A stretch of 55,622 nt of DNA from Pelomyxa schiedti. Taxonomy: Eukaryota > Protista > Evosea. Numbering within the stretch: position 1 is the first letter of the stretch; each line of letters begins with the position of its first letter. This document shows positions 25,687-39,700 of the stretch, one piece after another. Under the pieces are notes generated by a model. It worked only from the letters and a program-made list of their open reading frames with translations. It was not told where the DNA came from and searched no databases. The stretch covers positions 1 to 55,622 of the forward strand of contig JAHLWZ010000895.1 in NCBI GenBank assembly GCA_020536535.1, in the 5' to 3' direction. The translations under genes were made by a program, and so were the position numbers.

Positions 25687-27542
25687 TTAAATAAACACTT
25701 GTGCCATTTGGAGTGTGACAATGAATGGCATGAAGAAAATTCGGGTTAAGAAATAAAACATCACCCCAAATCCAATGGATATTGGCAGGGCTGGCAGGGC
25801 TTTTCGGAAAATTGCTAGTAATACAAGTGTACAAAACAAACCCTGGTTTGTATTGAATAAGACAAAGAAGCGAAAAAAGGGAGAGGTTACAGTTATGATT
25901 GCTACAAAACATGTGAAGACTGTAAGCATGTCAAAGAGAGCAGCACGCCCTATCAGGACACTGTAGAACACAAAATCCCCAAGGCCAAGTTTCAAACCTT
26001 TTGCTATGGTTAACTCAAAAATACCTGAGGGTTTGTGATACCTTTCTTGTGTTTTTTCTTCACCTGAGGGGTAGGGGGAGGTTGGGTCTGGGGTGTTGCA
26101 CTTGATGTAGGGGAGTTTGCCATCATTAATAGCACAGAAGCTTGGAGTGTTTTAAAAGTAGATTAGTTGTTTGTTGCAAAGTATGACAGGTTCTTTACCA
26201 TTATATAAAAGTGCTGGTATAGGCTGGTCCCTTTGTTGTGCCGTTTCAACCAAAATTCGAAGGGGACCCTTTGGACATAACACAGCAAATAGATCTACAA
26301 AAAACTGGGTAAGGAGTCTTTCACAAGGCCGCCAGTGATACCATAGAGAGCCACAATGATGAGGATACCCCAAGTCGTCCACTCAGGCAGTTTTGTGAGG
26401 TATGTTGCCTGTTCAATGTCAGGGAGCTCAACGGAACTAAGAAAAAAAACCATCAAGAAGCTGATGATAATAAGATAGATGTGGTTCAACAGTGTTGGTG
26501 CAACCCAAAACAAAGAAACAAGACCAACGGCAGTGAAATTCCAGGAAAAGAACATAAAGGAAATCCAATCAAGAGGCCAGTTGGCAGCATCCAAAATTAA
26601 ACTGTGAGACTGTCAGACTCAAATACCCAAAGACTCTTTTAAAACATACTAAAATAGATATCCCCCAAAACAGCCTAGCATCAGCCCAGATGTTACTACT
26701 AACCAAATAACAATCAACTAAGACAGATGTAATTAAATGGGGGGAAATGAGCTCTACGGAACCCTAACCTTAATGCAATTAAGCTTGTAGAGTATAACAA
26801 CACCCACTGTCGTGATTAATATCACACCAACGAATATAAGTGCATTCATAAAAGCCCCAGTGAATTTCTTAGTATTGGAGTCCTCTGAATTCTCCTTGAA
26901 TATCATTGAACCCCTGTAATAAAAGGGAGTGCAGCACAACGACAACCCATTATTCCTTTTATCCACTGATAGTTGTTTAAACAAAAAAAAAAAAAAGAGG
27001 GAAAGTGCAGGGAGGAGCTGGTACATTGCGCTGCTCAAGTCTTTCAGATTGAGGCCCCTCACCACGACCACCACCATCACCATCGTAACGGCCACGGGCC
27101 AAAGCACCCCAACCACGGCCACCGAGTACTCCCTGGGCGTCTGCGGCTCTGCCTCGCCCCCCTCCTCCCCCTCCTCCCCTTCCCCCTCGCCGTCCCCACC
27201 CCTGCGCCTCGGCTTGTCCTCCAGCACATCGGGGTCGTCCTCGTCCGAGTCCTCCCCGCCCTCGCTGGCTCCCCCGCCCCGCTGCTTGCTCGTGCTCCCC
27301 GTGGGCGGCCCCGGCAGGGCCGGCGCTGCGTGGTGCGTGGGGTGCATTGCCACCGCGGCCGGGGGCGGGGGGGCATGGGGAGGGGGCCCTCGGCCCTCGT
27401 GCGGGGGCGGCGGCGGCGGCGGGCTGGGGCTGCGGGCGGGGCTGCGGCCCCAGCGAGGGCACCAGCCTGGGCACTGCGGCATGGGCGGCACGTTGAGCCG
27501 CGCCCGCGCTATCTCGTCGTCGAGGTCGACTTCGCCAGACAT
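25687..27542 (-). CDS. PSEN: Presenilin (gamma-secretase catalytic subunit)
   Basis: YD (split by an intron) followed by [30 protein letters not shown]; also [29 protein letters not shown] and LPEWTTW. Confidence 0.96.
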
Positions 27543-27767
27543 GGACGTTCGCACCCCCAACGCCTTTTTTCAGGATCGTTGTGAGAGAAGAAGCGATCTG
27601 CGATCGGGAATTTCGGCCGGTTTGGAAGGCCGAACAGAAAGGTATTATCAAAACTAATTATCTCGCGGGCGACCGGTCATCGGCAGCACGTTGGGGGTTT
27701 TGCGGTGCTCGGAATATATAGAGAAAAGACAGTGCTTGCTTGTTTGTTGTCGTAGTAGTAGTAGGGG
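27543..27767. promoter_or_regulatory. Putative bidirectional promoter (presenilin / VPS13)
   Basis: 225 bp, CpG-rich, between the divergent ATGs at 27542 and 27768. Confidence 0.5.
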
Positions 27768-30700
27768 ATGTTCGAAGGATTGGTGTGTGAGTTGCTGACG
27801 CGGTTGCTCGGCAAATACATCGCCAACTTGAACGCGGACCAGCTATCGTTGGGAATCTGGGGAGGTGTGTGTGCTTCTCACTGCCTTTGTTTCCCAATGT
27901 GATCGTTTTTTTTTTTTTCTTTTTTTTACTTGCACTGAAAATGTGCCAATTACAGGGGATGTGGTGCTTGCGAATCTGGAATTCAAGCCAGATGCTTTGC
28001 AGGGGTTAAATTTGCCTATCAATGTTGTTAAAGGTATGTCGCTCACCAACTGATGACACTCCCGTTTGTAATTATTGCGCAAGGCATTGTTGGGAAACTT
28101 GTCCTCAAAATTCCCTGGACAGCTCTTGGTTCCCAGCCTGTGGTTGTTAATGTGGACCAAGTTTTCTTACTTCTTGGCCCAGAAGATAGATTTCAGGTAT
28201 CTGTCATGGTGCATGCTGATTGTAATTCTTAATTATCTTGGATGCAGTATGATGAAGCTGCTGAAACAAAAAAACTACTCCTTGCAAAGAAAGCTAAGCT
28301 TGACCAGTATGAAGTTATCAAGCTTCTGAAGGAAGGACAGGGTTCTTCTGAGGGCTCCGCCAAAAGTGAACAAACCTCTCTCTCTCTTTCTCTGCACCTC
28401 TGATTTTCTTCCATCATTAGACCAGAGCTTCACTGCATCTCTCATCACCAAAGTTATAGACAACCTTCAAATTGAAATAAACAAAATTCATATCCGGTAC
28501 GAAGCAACTCACCACAATGGAACGGTATGTAAACCCAATAGCTATCTGTCTTCACTCTGATTCATTCATCTGAAAGTCTTTTGCAATTGGGTTGACTGTG
28601 GATTCGGTGCAGCTGAAGTCCACAGATGAACACTGGGCACCCAGATTCATGCAATATGCTGGAAATGATTTAAGATTCAAGGTTAAACTCTGTCACTTGT
28701 CTTGGTGCATTCACAGAAACTTATTTGCAGATTGGAACAATTTCTTGCCTTTCTGCTTATATCCTTCCTGAATCACCAAGCATGCGTAACATTCCAGCAC
28801 GAGAAGTGTTGGTCCAATTAATGAACCAAGTGGGTTTTAAAAGACAAATAAATTTTCCTAATGACAGCCACTAGATTCCAACCCCTTCATCACTGGGTGT
28901 ATTAGCTCCTTTTTTTGTGATTGATCCCATCACAGCAAGTATTAAGGTGAGTGAGTATTAGGTTGCATTCTTTCTTATGTTGTGGGAAAAACAGGTTACG
29001 ATGAATTTTTCTCCTGAAATTCAGATGGACAAACCCAAAATCACTGTTGCTTGCAACATCAACCAGGTTCGGAACCATTCCCACCACCCCAATGTACATA
29101 TTTCTTCAATAGATTTCTGTCTCCATGCAAGAGTCACAGTATCACACAGCCCTTTGCTGCATTGAACTTCTCTCACAATATGTTCAATCTGTCAAAGTAC
29201 AGTTCCTTTTTCCTTCTTCAGGTTGTCTCACAATATGTGTTTTCAGTATCTCAAGTATCGGCCCCAACAGAGGCCAAATAAAACAAACCTCAAAGAATGG
29301 TGGCACTATGCAAGTAATAGCCCCCACCTTTTGCCACAGTTATTTCTTTTCTACAATAACCACCAAATAAGTGAATGTTACCCGGGAGCAAGTCAGGACT
29401 AGAATGCAAAGGACAAGCTTCCACTATGTTGTGAAAAGGTTGATGGACCAGCGGCGGTACATTGAATACTACAAAAGATCACAAGGTGTCAAGTGGTGGA
29501 CACCACTTGACAAGCAAGAACAACAGGCATACTCTGATCTAGAAGACTCTTTACCCTATGAAGACATTATTTTGTATGAACTTTGTTTCTTCTTGTTTCT
29601 AGTGTAGCTCATAAAAAAAAAAAAAAGTTATCGCAGTATTGCAACAGCTGCACTCAGAAAAGAGGCCGAAAATGCCAAAAAGAGGGAAGAGCTCATAACT
29701 GCACAGAAACAACGGGAAGCTGAGAGGAAAAAAGCAACTCAAAGTTCTTGGGGCAGTTGGTTTGGCTGGGGTAAAAAACCTGAGGTATAATAAACCTTCG
29801 TTTCTATGGCAACACACAAAGAAACCAAATTAAAAAGACTCCTGCAGTGACCTCTACCCCTGAGCCTGAGCCAGAGCAAGTTCTCCCCACAGTCGAACTT
29901 ACCAAAGAACAGTATGATCAAGTCATAAGTCTCGTAGGCTATTCTGAGTCAATTTCTAGTGTGGAGCCACCCAAAGAGGTTTCACATGTTAACCTCCTCC
30001 TACTTTTTTCCTCACTCTTCCCCCCCCAGTATGTCAAGCTTCGAGGGGCCCTGCTTGTGGGATCTCTTACATTTTCCTTGAAAGATGAAGTAACTGGACT
30101 AAACATTCTCACTGGTGTTTTTGAGCGAACCTATCTCTCAGCTCTCATTAGAACAGAAAATATTCATGTTTTTCCTTTCCTTCTTTCTTGTCTATTATTT
30201 CTAAATGGCAATATTTTTCTTCAAGGTGGAGGCTCAACTGGATAAGTACGATGTTGTGGACAACTTTACAAAGAATTCTCATTTTCCAAAAATTGTATCC
30301 AATTCTACAATTTGTGTTTGTTACATCTCAAAATACAACCACAGGTCAGTACCACCAGTACCACCTCTGGCTCGTTAAGACCTCCTCCACTTAATACCCA
30401 GCCCACTTTAAGTTCTGCTTCTTCCACAACGCAAGACAATGACCATTTTGTAAAACTGTCACTTGACCTGAAACCACTTGATGGACATGCTGACACAGCA
30501 GTTGAGGTGACAATAAACCCCATGACTTTTACTCTTACAAAGCCATTTCTTGATCGAGTTGGTAATGTTCTATTTTCTTTCCTCATATTGTAAGCCCAAA
30601 GCAGTTCAATTTTTTACTCCGAGTGAAACTCTTGATATTGCAGCCATGAGTGACCTGGCCAGTGATCAACTCAATAACCTTGTAAAAGCAACAAGGGCAC

Positions 30701-33700
30701 AACTTGAACTTGCTGTTCAACTTCATAAGACAGTCGATCTCAGAATTTTGATTGCAGTTGCGTCAGTCTCCACAAAACCTGATGCTGCAGCAACTTTTCT
30801 AATTTTTTTTTTTTTTTTTTTAAATCAAGGCACCAACAGTTTTGATTCCTCAGTTTGCTGACAGGTCAGACACTCCATTCTTAATGGTGGACTTTGGCAC
30901 TTTGGCTATTACAAGTGAGCCAAAGCATGCTGAAACAGCAGTACTTGGTGGAGAAATGTTTGTCTCCCAGAAATATTTATCCCTTTTTTTTTTTTTACAT
31001 TTAAGCCCACGCAGTGTAAACCTGGATTTTTATGACTCATACAATATACAATTGACCGCAGTAAAAATGATTCTATCCAGTAATGCAACAGATCTATCCA
31101 CTCCCACAGTGTGTTTTTTTTTACCCCTTTGAAATCTAATTTAGTTTGACAACTACCTCAGAATCGCAACATACAAGTGGTCGAGGACTTCAGTATTCTC
31201 CTCAAAGGCATGGTTTGCATTCAACCAAACGAGCTCACACTGACAACACTAATGTCAGTGTTACGAACTTCATGTCTTTTTTGCACCTCACCAAAATAAT
31301 ATAACAGTGTCACTGGCTCTCTGCCTTCCCTGACTGTAAACTTATCCCTGGAGAAATACAACCTTGCCATGGGAATGCTTGCTATGTTTTTAGAGAACTT
31401 GTTGCCAAGTGCTTCTTCAGACTCCCCCGTTAGTTTCATGTCGATCTAATTCCTATTTTTTTGTTGACAAAGACCATGCAGCCCCTTGACAACTCCAGTG
31501 CGGAGTCCAAACAGATAAATGAAATACTTCTAGTGCCTGATAACTTGCTGATAAAACACAAGTCCTTTGAAGCTTTTTTTACAATTCCTTGCCTTACCGT
31601 CAACTTATCTGACATGTGCCGGGATGGACAGCCTCCCTCACCTCTCATTGCAGTATTTTTTTTCTGGGCTTTTGTTGGTTTTTTGTTTTTATTCCTTGAA
31701 GGTTCACCTTGAAGGAATATCTGCACACTTTACAAAGCGAACATGGGACATGCATCTGGACACTAAATTGGGGAATTTAAAAGTTGAAGATTGTATTGCA
31801 AAATCACGGGGTCTGGACTTTGTGGATATGGTTAATTCAGTCCACTCTGGGCAAGAATTGTTACATATAACTTACCATCAGACAAGTCCTGTACGGCAGT
31901 GTGGTTTTTTTCTTTTTCTTTTTCTTAACTGGATAAAGGTTTCACCTGAGTATGCCAATGTAGATATCTCTCTAGAGACACACCTTGGAAATCTGTTTGC
32001 ATATTGCAATCCCGAAACTGTGTCTGCATTGATTGCTATCATTCTAGAAATGTATGCCGTCAACAACCCAATGACCTCATTCATAAGCACTTCACTCTCA
32101 AACTCTTACATAAAGTCTGAACAGCAAACCGCCTTCATTCAGATCTGCAAAGCCACCCCCACCTGAGTCACTTCCTATAGTGAAACCACCTGTTTCATAC
32201 AATAACCCTGTCATACTCACAAAAGTATGTTTCTTTGTAGCTCTTCTACCTGTTGTGTGATTTGCACAATAGTTATCTGTATCTGTCTCAACACTGGGCC
32301 TTGTTTTGGTCCTGAATAATACAAAATTTGCTGAGTTCCAAATATGTGGAATTAATTCCGACATCTGCTTGAATGAAGATACCACTCTTGGTGTCATGGT
32401 TCTTTTCTTGTGAAGTTATTTCTCCAAATCACACAGCCACAGGTCGAAATTGGTGGTGTATCAGTGGATGACTGCAATGCTACTGAAGGTTCATTTTGTC
32501 GGCATCTCATTTCCATGCAAGACTCCTCTACACCTATGATTTCCATGAACTATTCCACATTTACCACATACAAATCTCCTGGCTGGGATTCCTCCATTGG
32601 TAACTAATTTCTTCCACTCAGTTTTGTGATAACCTCTTCTAAAGATGCAAAGATCAAATGCATTCATGTTAACCTTGTTCAAGACTTCTTCATCCAACTT
32701 GTGTGAGTTTTTTTTTTTTTTTGTCAAGTTCACCTGGCCCCAGAAAATATGTTGTTCAAGGTCCCCTACTTGCACCTCTTAGGAAAGCCCAAGTTGACAA
32801 ACTTGTGGCCCAAACATACACATCTGTTTCACAAAACTTAAGTGATACTGTTATCCAGTACCCGCATAAAATCACAAGTATTTTTTTTGGTCTATTACTG
32901 AAAAGTAACATCCAATAGGAACAAAGATGGACATTCATTTAGAGGCTCCTGAGGTTATCATCCCAAGCCCAAAATCGCCTCAATCCTCTGTCCTCATTCA
33001 AATGGGGCAATTGTCACTGAAGAATTCCTTTTTGATAGAACAAACAAATTACAAAGCCAGCACAGTTCCAATTGAGTGCCTATGCCTCAATTTGGAGAAC
33101 GTCAATCTTGTTACTGTGCAAAATGGTGTACCAGTGCCTCTCTCCTCTGGAATTGGTTTCAAAGCTACTATTAATCGCGCCCTCATAGAATATGACCCAC
33201 AACTCAAAGTAGAAATAACATAAGGAACTACTCATTGTTAATGATCTCCACTTTTTCAGGTCTCCTTGATTGTTCCCAACATAGAGATAAGTGCCTCTGA
33301 AGAGCAAATAATCTTCTTGATGAATCAGTACTTAGAGGTCACAAAAACAATTGAACAAATTGTATCCCTCGCTTCACAGGCCCCATCCACCTTAGGTACG
33401 GGTAAAATATTGGAGGAAGTGTCTGAGGCAAACCCTTCTGGTAGTCAAATACTTCCCTAAGAGCAACATCGATCTCACTCCAGTTTTCAAGTGAAATTAA
33501 GTGAACCGCCACAGACAAAAGTCACCACAGCAGAAGTAAAACTAGAGCTCAAGAAATTGTCTCTTTGTCTTTCCAATAGGTTTGCAAGTAGCAGTTTTGG
33601 GGTGATTTAACAATCATAATTCAGTGGCACAAGCCCTTTGTTCAAAAGTACGTTATCTGAGTCAGTGGTCTTCCTTTCTCTTGCTGCATCCACCATGAAG

Positions 33701-36700
33701 GTACTGAGTATTTTCTTTTCTTTGCCATTTTGAGAGTCTGTTCTTCTAGTTGACAGCATCTGTCTCAAAATTAGTCATTCAAGATGAGCGACAGATTTCT
33801 GACATTCACTTTAAAGTCTCCCTATCTACACATCAATCTTTTGGCTAAGTTGTTGGCAGCACCTTTTTGATGGGATGGGAACAGAAGAACAACCCCTCCT
33901 AACATTGGACTACCTACGGGATAACAGTAGCAATTCCCAGGCTGTGTCTCTCTCCATCCAGAATCCCAAAATATTTATCCTTCCTTCAATCCTGGAAGAT
34001 ATCAAAGTACAAATATTTGGGTTTTGCGTTGTTAACCTCCCTTCAGTTATCAGCAATGAGACTTTTTCCCCACATCACAAGCACCCCAACACAATCTCCT
34101 CAGCATGTTGATCCTGTGCTGGTAACCAAGAAGGCTCCTATAACAATTGCAGTATCACTCAAAAATCCGGAAATATTTGCTGTGTTGGATGAGTATAGTC
34201 TCTCTCCCTGCTTTGGCATTGCTGGCAGTTTCAGCATTCAAGTATGTTTAGTGTAATCCTTGATGAACTGAATAGCCTCAAGTTAAAAGACACTACTGAT
34301 ATGCAAGTTCAAGGCTCAGATATCCAAGTATCTGTATTCACACCAACATCTAACATGGTAGGGATCTTCTTGGAGGTATGAGTGGCAAAACAGCTCTCAC
34401 TTTGATAACAGAAATCCCGAGAAGCTCAGCACTACATTCTGTCTCCATCATCATTAGACCTGAATGTTGTTAATACCCCAGCAAAACAACACATTAAAGT
34501 TGTCTCCCCAGCAATTGCTACCTCCCTCACTTTTGGAGACATTAAACTGGCCACCAAACTCCTCAATACATTATTGCCTCTTATAAAAATCTCAAAAAGC
34601 AGTGACAACCCATCCACTCCTCCACAAGAACCACCCAACATCCAACATGAAATCGATGAGAAGGTCTAATACTTCTTCACAATTATTCCCTAAGGCGGCA
34701 TTTATAGTTTGAACTCTTCTGCAAATATTTTACCGTCACCTTCAATGATGATACCAGGGCTGTTATTTCTCCCTTTTCTGTTCTCGATTTGAAGAGTGCA
34801 TCAGTGCATTTGTCAAATTGGTCCAGCCAAGTAGTTTAGCACCCACTACCTTCCTCTTCACTAAGTGAAACAATAGATGGAATTCAACATTTCCATGGAA
34901 CCTAGTTTTACCCTCTTTCAGGAATCTTCAGAAAAGTATGATTGCTCTTCATTTACATTTTAATGTCTAATGCACATAGCCCCTCTGTCACTGTTACTTG
35001 TCAGCTGAAGCTGTCCAAACCAGATAATACTTCCAACGGAGTTTCCTCTGAAACTCTGGCAACCTACAGTTTTCAAGCAATAAATGCCAATGCTACAATT
35101 TACCAGTCAAAATATCCTTTCATTGGCAATCTCAATGTTGGCACTTCAGTTACTCAATCTCCCAGCAGCACTGAGGTATATGTTCTCAGGCAGGGGTTGG
35201 GGAAAAAAACCCAAAACGAACAAACAAACAACAGATTTGCCTTTCAGTGCTCAACCCCACTGTTTCCATTTCCCAAGACCAGATTATATTTTTACTGAAG
35301 CAATACACTTTTGTGAATAAATTCCTTGGGACTGCCTCTGAATTATTGAAAGAAATTAGCTCTTCCAAGTTGATCATGGGAAACTCAGGTATCATTATTT
35401 TATTCTGTTTTTTGTAACAACCTGAAGATCATGTTGAGGTGCCACCTCCCTCAAACACAGCAATGAAGACCTCTGTTGATCTAGGAAACATGAAAATTCT
35501 TCTTTTACAACAGTAGGCCGCTACCAAAAATTCATGAAAATGTAATCTTGTCCAGAGAGGCAAGTAACATCTGTGAATTCCTTTTATCAAAAGCATCCGC
35601 AACTCTTAGAAGTGGTGATGACGTCACTGAGGTAGCATTTCCACACACCTTAATCTCCCCTCAAATTCTAATAGATAAATGCCTCCATTTTTCAACTGAG
35701 AGGCCTTGATAGAAGAAGTGAGACAGCCCTGAAGAATGCGGTATTCCACTCACATTTCTTCCAATAGTAACATTATTAGTGCATCTTGAAACAATCTGAG
35801 AATTGCATGACGCCACTTGCACAGCTTTCTTACAGGAAAAATCACAAGTCTTTAGCGCAATCCCTTTGTATTCAACTTGAATCACCAACAATATGCCTTC
35901 TACCTCATTTTTTGTTGACTATGAAGGTAGCTCCAAGTGGGTACAAGTTCGCCACTAACTTGCTCTTCAGGTCTACATTACTGCTCTGTTTCCCTACATT
36001 CCCAAAGCAAAACCATCTTCAAGTGATTCCCCTGTGGACCCTGTGCACACAGCCCTCACAACAAATGTTTCAATTCGCAACTTGAGCATCACCTGTGTAG
36101 GTGATGAATTGAGCACATCTCCTAGTTGTGTAACTCTTCTTGCTAGCACCAATATCGATGTGCAACAGGTTTTCCTTCATACACAACCTAAGGTAACCAT
36201 GTTGTTTAGATTTCTGAGGATTTGCAATTCACACTTGAAGCATCTGATATATCCTCTTTCATCTTCCAGTGGCCTCAAATAGTTGATGAACTTGATCCAG
36301 ATGCAGTTCTTCATTCACACACAGCAGTGACAAAGCACCAGATTCTTAAACCAACCTCCTTTTCTCTGTTGTTGAACAGAAAAACTGTAAACAGCTGTGT
36401 AAGTACTTCTATTGTAGTGGCACCTTCAGATCTGGCGGCTATGATTTCCCCTGTGGACATTAAGTTCTTCTGTGAAACTTGGAATGCCCTGAAGCCATTG
36501 ACCCAGTTACCCACAGAATCGAATGAGGATCATCAAATCCCATTACAGGAGTCTACAGAAAGGGTATCATCATGTTACCCAAAAACCTCTAACAAACAAA
36601 AAGCTGCAATTGAAATGGGGACATTCCTCAATTTCACTTTTAAATGAGTCCCTTCCCATGCTTTCTTTCAATGTTGACGAACTTTCTTTTGATGTGAGGG

Positions 36701-39700
36701 ACTGGTCCTCCAAGGTAATTTTACCTTCTTTTTTTATCCTTCCAAGGCTCATAAATATAGATCAAATTGGAAGGTGTTGCTCAGTTGAAAGCCAGCCTCT
36801 TCAGTGAAGGTAGTGCATTAGCCTATCTAAGTGCACATGTATCTAGTTCGGCATTGAAGAATGCTGATGCAATGTCTATGCAATGCAATGTGAGTAATAT
36901 GCAGCTGCTCCTCCAAGAAAATTCCTTAGAAAGGCCCATTCTCAGTCAAATGGAAGTGTGTGCAAACATTGCTCTTGGGCCAAAGCAAAAGGTTTTTTTA
37001 TTATTTTGACCACTTGACTTCCTCAACTTTGGTTTCTTAGGTGCAAGTCCAATTTTCTAGTGCAGATATTACAGTTTCTGAAAGTCAGATTGTACTCCTG
37101 TTGCAGCAGTACCTAAATGTTATGAATTTTACTGAACAATTGTCTGCTTCCTTTCCTTCAGCAGCAAGTCCGCAAGGTGCCAACAAATTTTTGTCTTTCG
37201 TTTCTGATCCAAGTTTCCAGTAGAAAAATCGTCATTGGCCACTGAAATATCATTGGAAACACCAAAACTCTCTCTCTCTCTTCTTCAAGGAAAAGATATT
37301 AAGTATGAACCACTTTCCATTTTCAAACTAAAGCTCCTGCCCCAACTCTAGGCTCTGCAACCTCAATTTTGTTGATTTTTCTGTGAGTGTTCTTCAAAGC
37401 CCAGTGTCTCTCAAGGTTATTGACTCCTTTTTTTCGGTGGCTTTTCCAACATTCATCTGCAAGGTGGAGGGACACTTGAAAGAAATAGCTCTTCTTGACA
37501 CTCGATCAATACTCACTGACCCCCATGTATGAATGTTGACTCCTACAACCAAACCTGAAGATTTGCAGAAAATTCTTCATTGTGAAAGAGGAAAAGGCAC
37601 TCCATTTGTTCAATTTGGGTATGAAAACCTTGCTACCGATGGTATCCAAAACGTTTCTTTGAACTGTAATTCCCCCTCTCTATGTGTGTATCCCACCTTT
37701 CTGTGCGCCCTCAAGGTAAAACTCTTGATTACCCAATTCCCTCCTGAACATCCATCACTAGGAAACCTTTTGCAATATTCTTCCTTACTGGGCCACACTC
37801 TCTCAGCCTCAAAAACCAACAGAGCACACTGGCACAAAACTGGGGTTTGTGTCACAATTACACCTGCACCAAATAGAAATTGCAGTCCTTGACGACACAC
37901 TAACTTCAGGAGCAGTACTTGCTGCTGAAATTCATTCCAATCTCAATGTACAAGTATTTATATATGTTGCATTTACTGAACAAGGCAAAGATGAAAAATG
38001 GAATTGAGGTATCTCTCCAGGCAGATATAAAAGCTTCATTCTCTGCCAATGGGTCCTTAATCGTGTGTGATACATCTATGACGTTCCTTTTAATGCCCTT
38101 TAGAGTGACCTTTTGGCTCCATTATCAGTTTCTTTATCTTACATCAAGAATGAGACCTGCAACAAAATTAGTACTCAGATTACTCAACTCAGGACTTCCA
38201 TCAGTCTTCCAGATGTGGTCAAATTAGCTGTGTTGGTTTCCTCACTGTCTCAACTTACCATTCCTCCACAACAACTAAATGTGAACCTGCCTCAAGTGCA
38301 ACCTTCTGACATTCAACCACTACAACTAACAGCAAACACTCCTCAAGTAGACCAAGTTGACCTATCTGAGAAGGTTCTACATTCTCCCTAACTACCAATC
38401 CTAACCCGACTTCCTCCTGTAATTTTTTTTTTTTTTTTTTTGGTTTTGAAGTTTGAATTTTTGTGCCCTCTTGTTTCTCTCGATCTTGGAGGCCTGCCAG
38501 ACCCAGTGAAATTTCATTTTGAAGCAACCACCACCACATTCACTGCCTCCAACTGGTCCAAAAAAGTAAGAACAATGGGCTGCTATGGGATTAATCCATT
38601 TTAGATCAACTTGGAAGCCTCACTGAGTGTTGATGCCAAGATTGAAATTAACAGCAGCCCGGCTCTGTGTCTTGCAATTCCCAATGTTTCCCTCTATACC
38701 CCTACTTCCAGCACTGCTGACACCAGTCTTTGCCTTCATCTGAGAGATATACTTTTATCATCAAATGTCAACAACTCTCCTGTTGTAATCACGAGCAACT
38801 TGGAATTTCTGTCAACAATGAACAAGATCTCTAATCCACCAAAGCTGGCAGTAATTCCCTGGGTAATTGAAAACAATCTCACATCTAAAAAGTTGGATTG
38901 CTGCATTTCCCAGGGAGATTTCTCTGTCACAGAAGACCAAATTATCATCGTATTGAAGCACTTCCCCTTGGTACTAGATATGATTTCGAAAACACTTAGT
39001 ACTTTGGAACATTTCTCCACCTCCAAGAAACAAGGTATCAACCAAACACTTTTTTTCCCGATTCTGATGTGATTTAGTGCCACCGAATACTGATCTGGTG
39101 CAGACAACTCGAGTCTCTTTGGACTTAAAGAAGTTAACCCTTCACTTTGGAATCACAGTGTATGCTGTCCACATGCCAAAAAAAAAAAGCTCAACCAAAC
39201 CAGCAGTGAACAAGAAAAATTAGCATTGCTAGATCTAGAGTGCCTTCAAGTAGTCCTTAATATCAACGAAGCTTCAACACAGGTGCTGAAGTGATCTCCA
39301 CCATTCTGTTCTATTTACACTAACAGGTTGAGGGGTCATGTAAGAATATATCTCTGGTTGATTCCCGTTCGCTCCTCCAATCTGCATATAAGGTTTTCAC
39401 TCTCCCCTAACATCATTTAACTTGTGCTAGTACATTCTGAATGGTTCCAGGGGAGATGGGGAACTCCTGGAGTTCCATTATTCGACAGAAAGTCAGACCA
39501 AAAACCAGAACATGGAACTTGCCATTAAATCTCCTACCCTAGTGGTCCTGCCATCTCTTTTAAACGAAGTGAAGGTAAGAATTTGGTTTGTTCCTTGCTC
39601 TAAGACCGACCCTCTCTAGTTATCTATCAGTCGTATCTTGCCTCACATTCCCACTTCAAAAACTCCTATGCAAACTGAACCTCAGACCAAAGGATGCTTT

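Noticed and set aside
26929-27657. Long overlapping and antisense ORFs here and at 10007-10880 and 15634-16347
   Set aside because: These are shadow ORFs of GC-rich first exons with no independent protein features.
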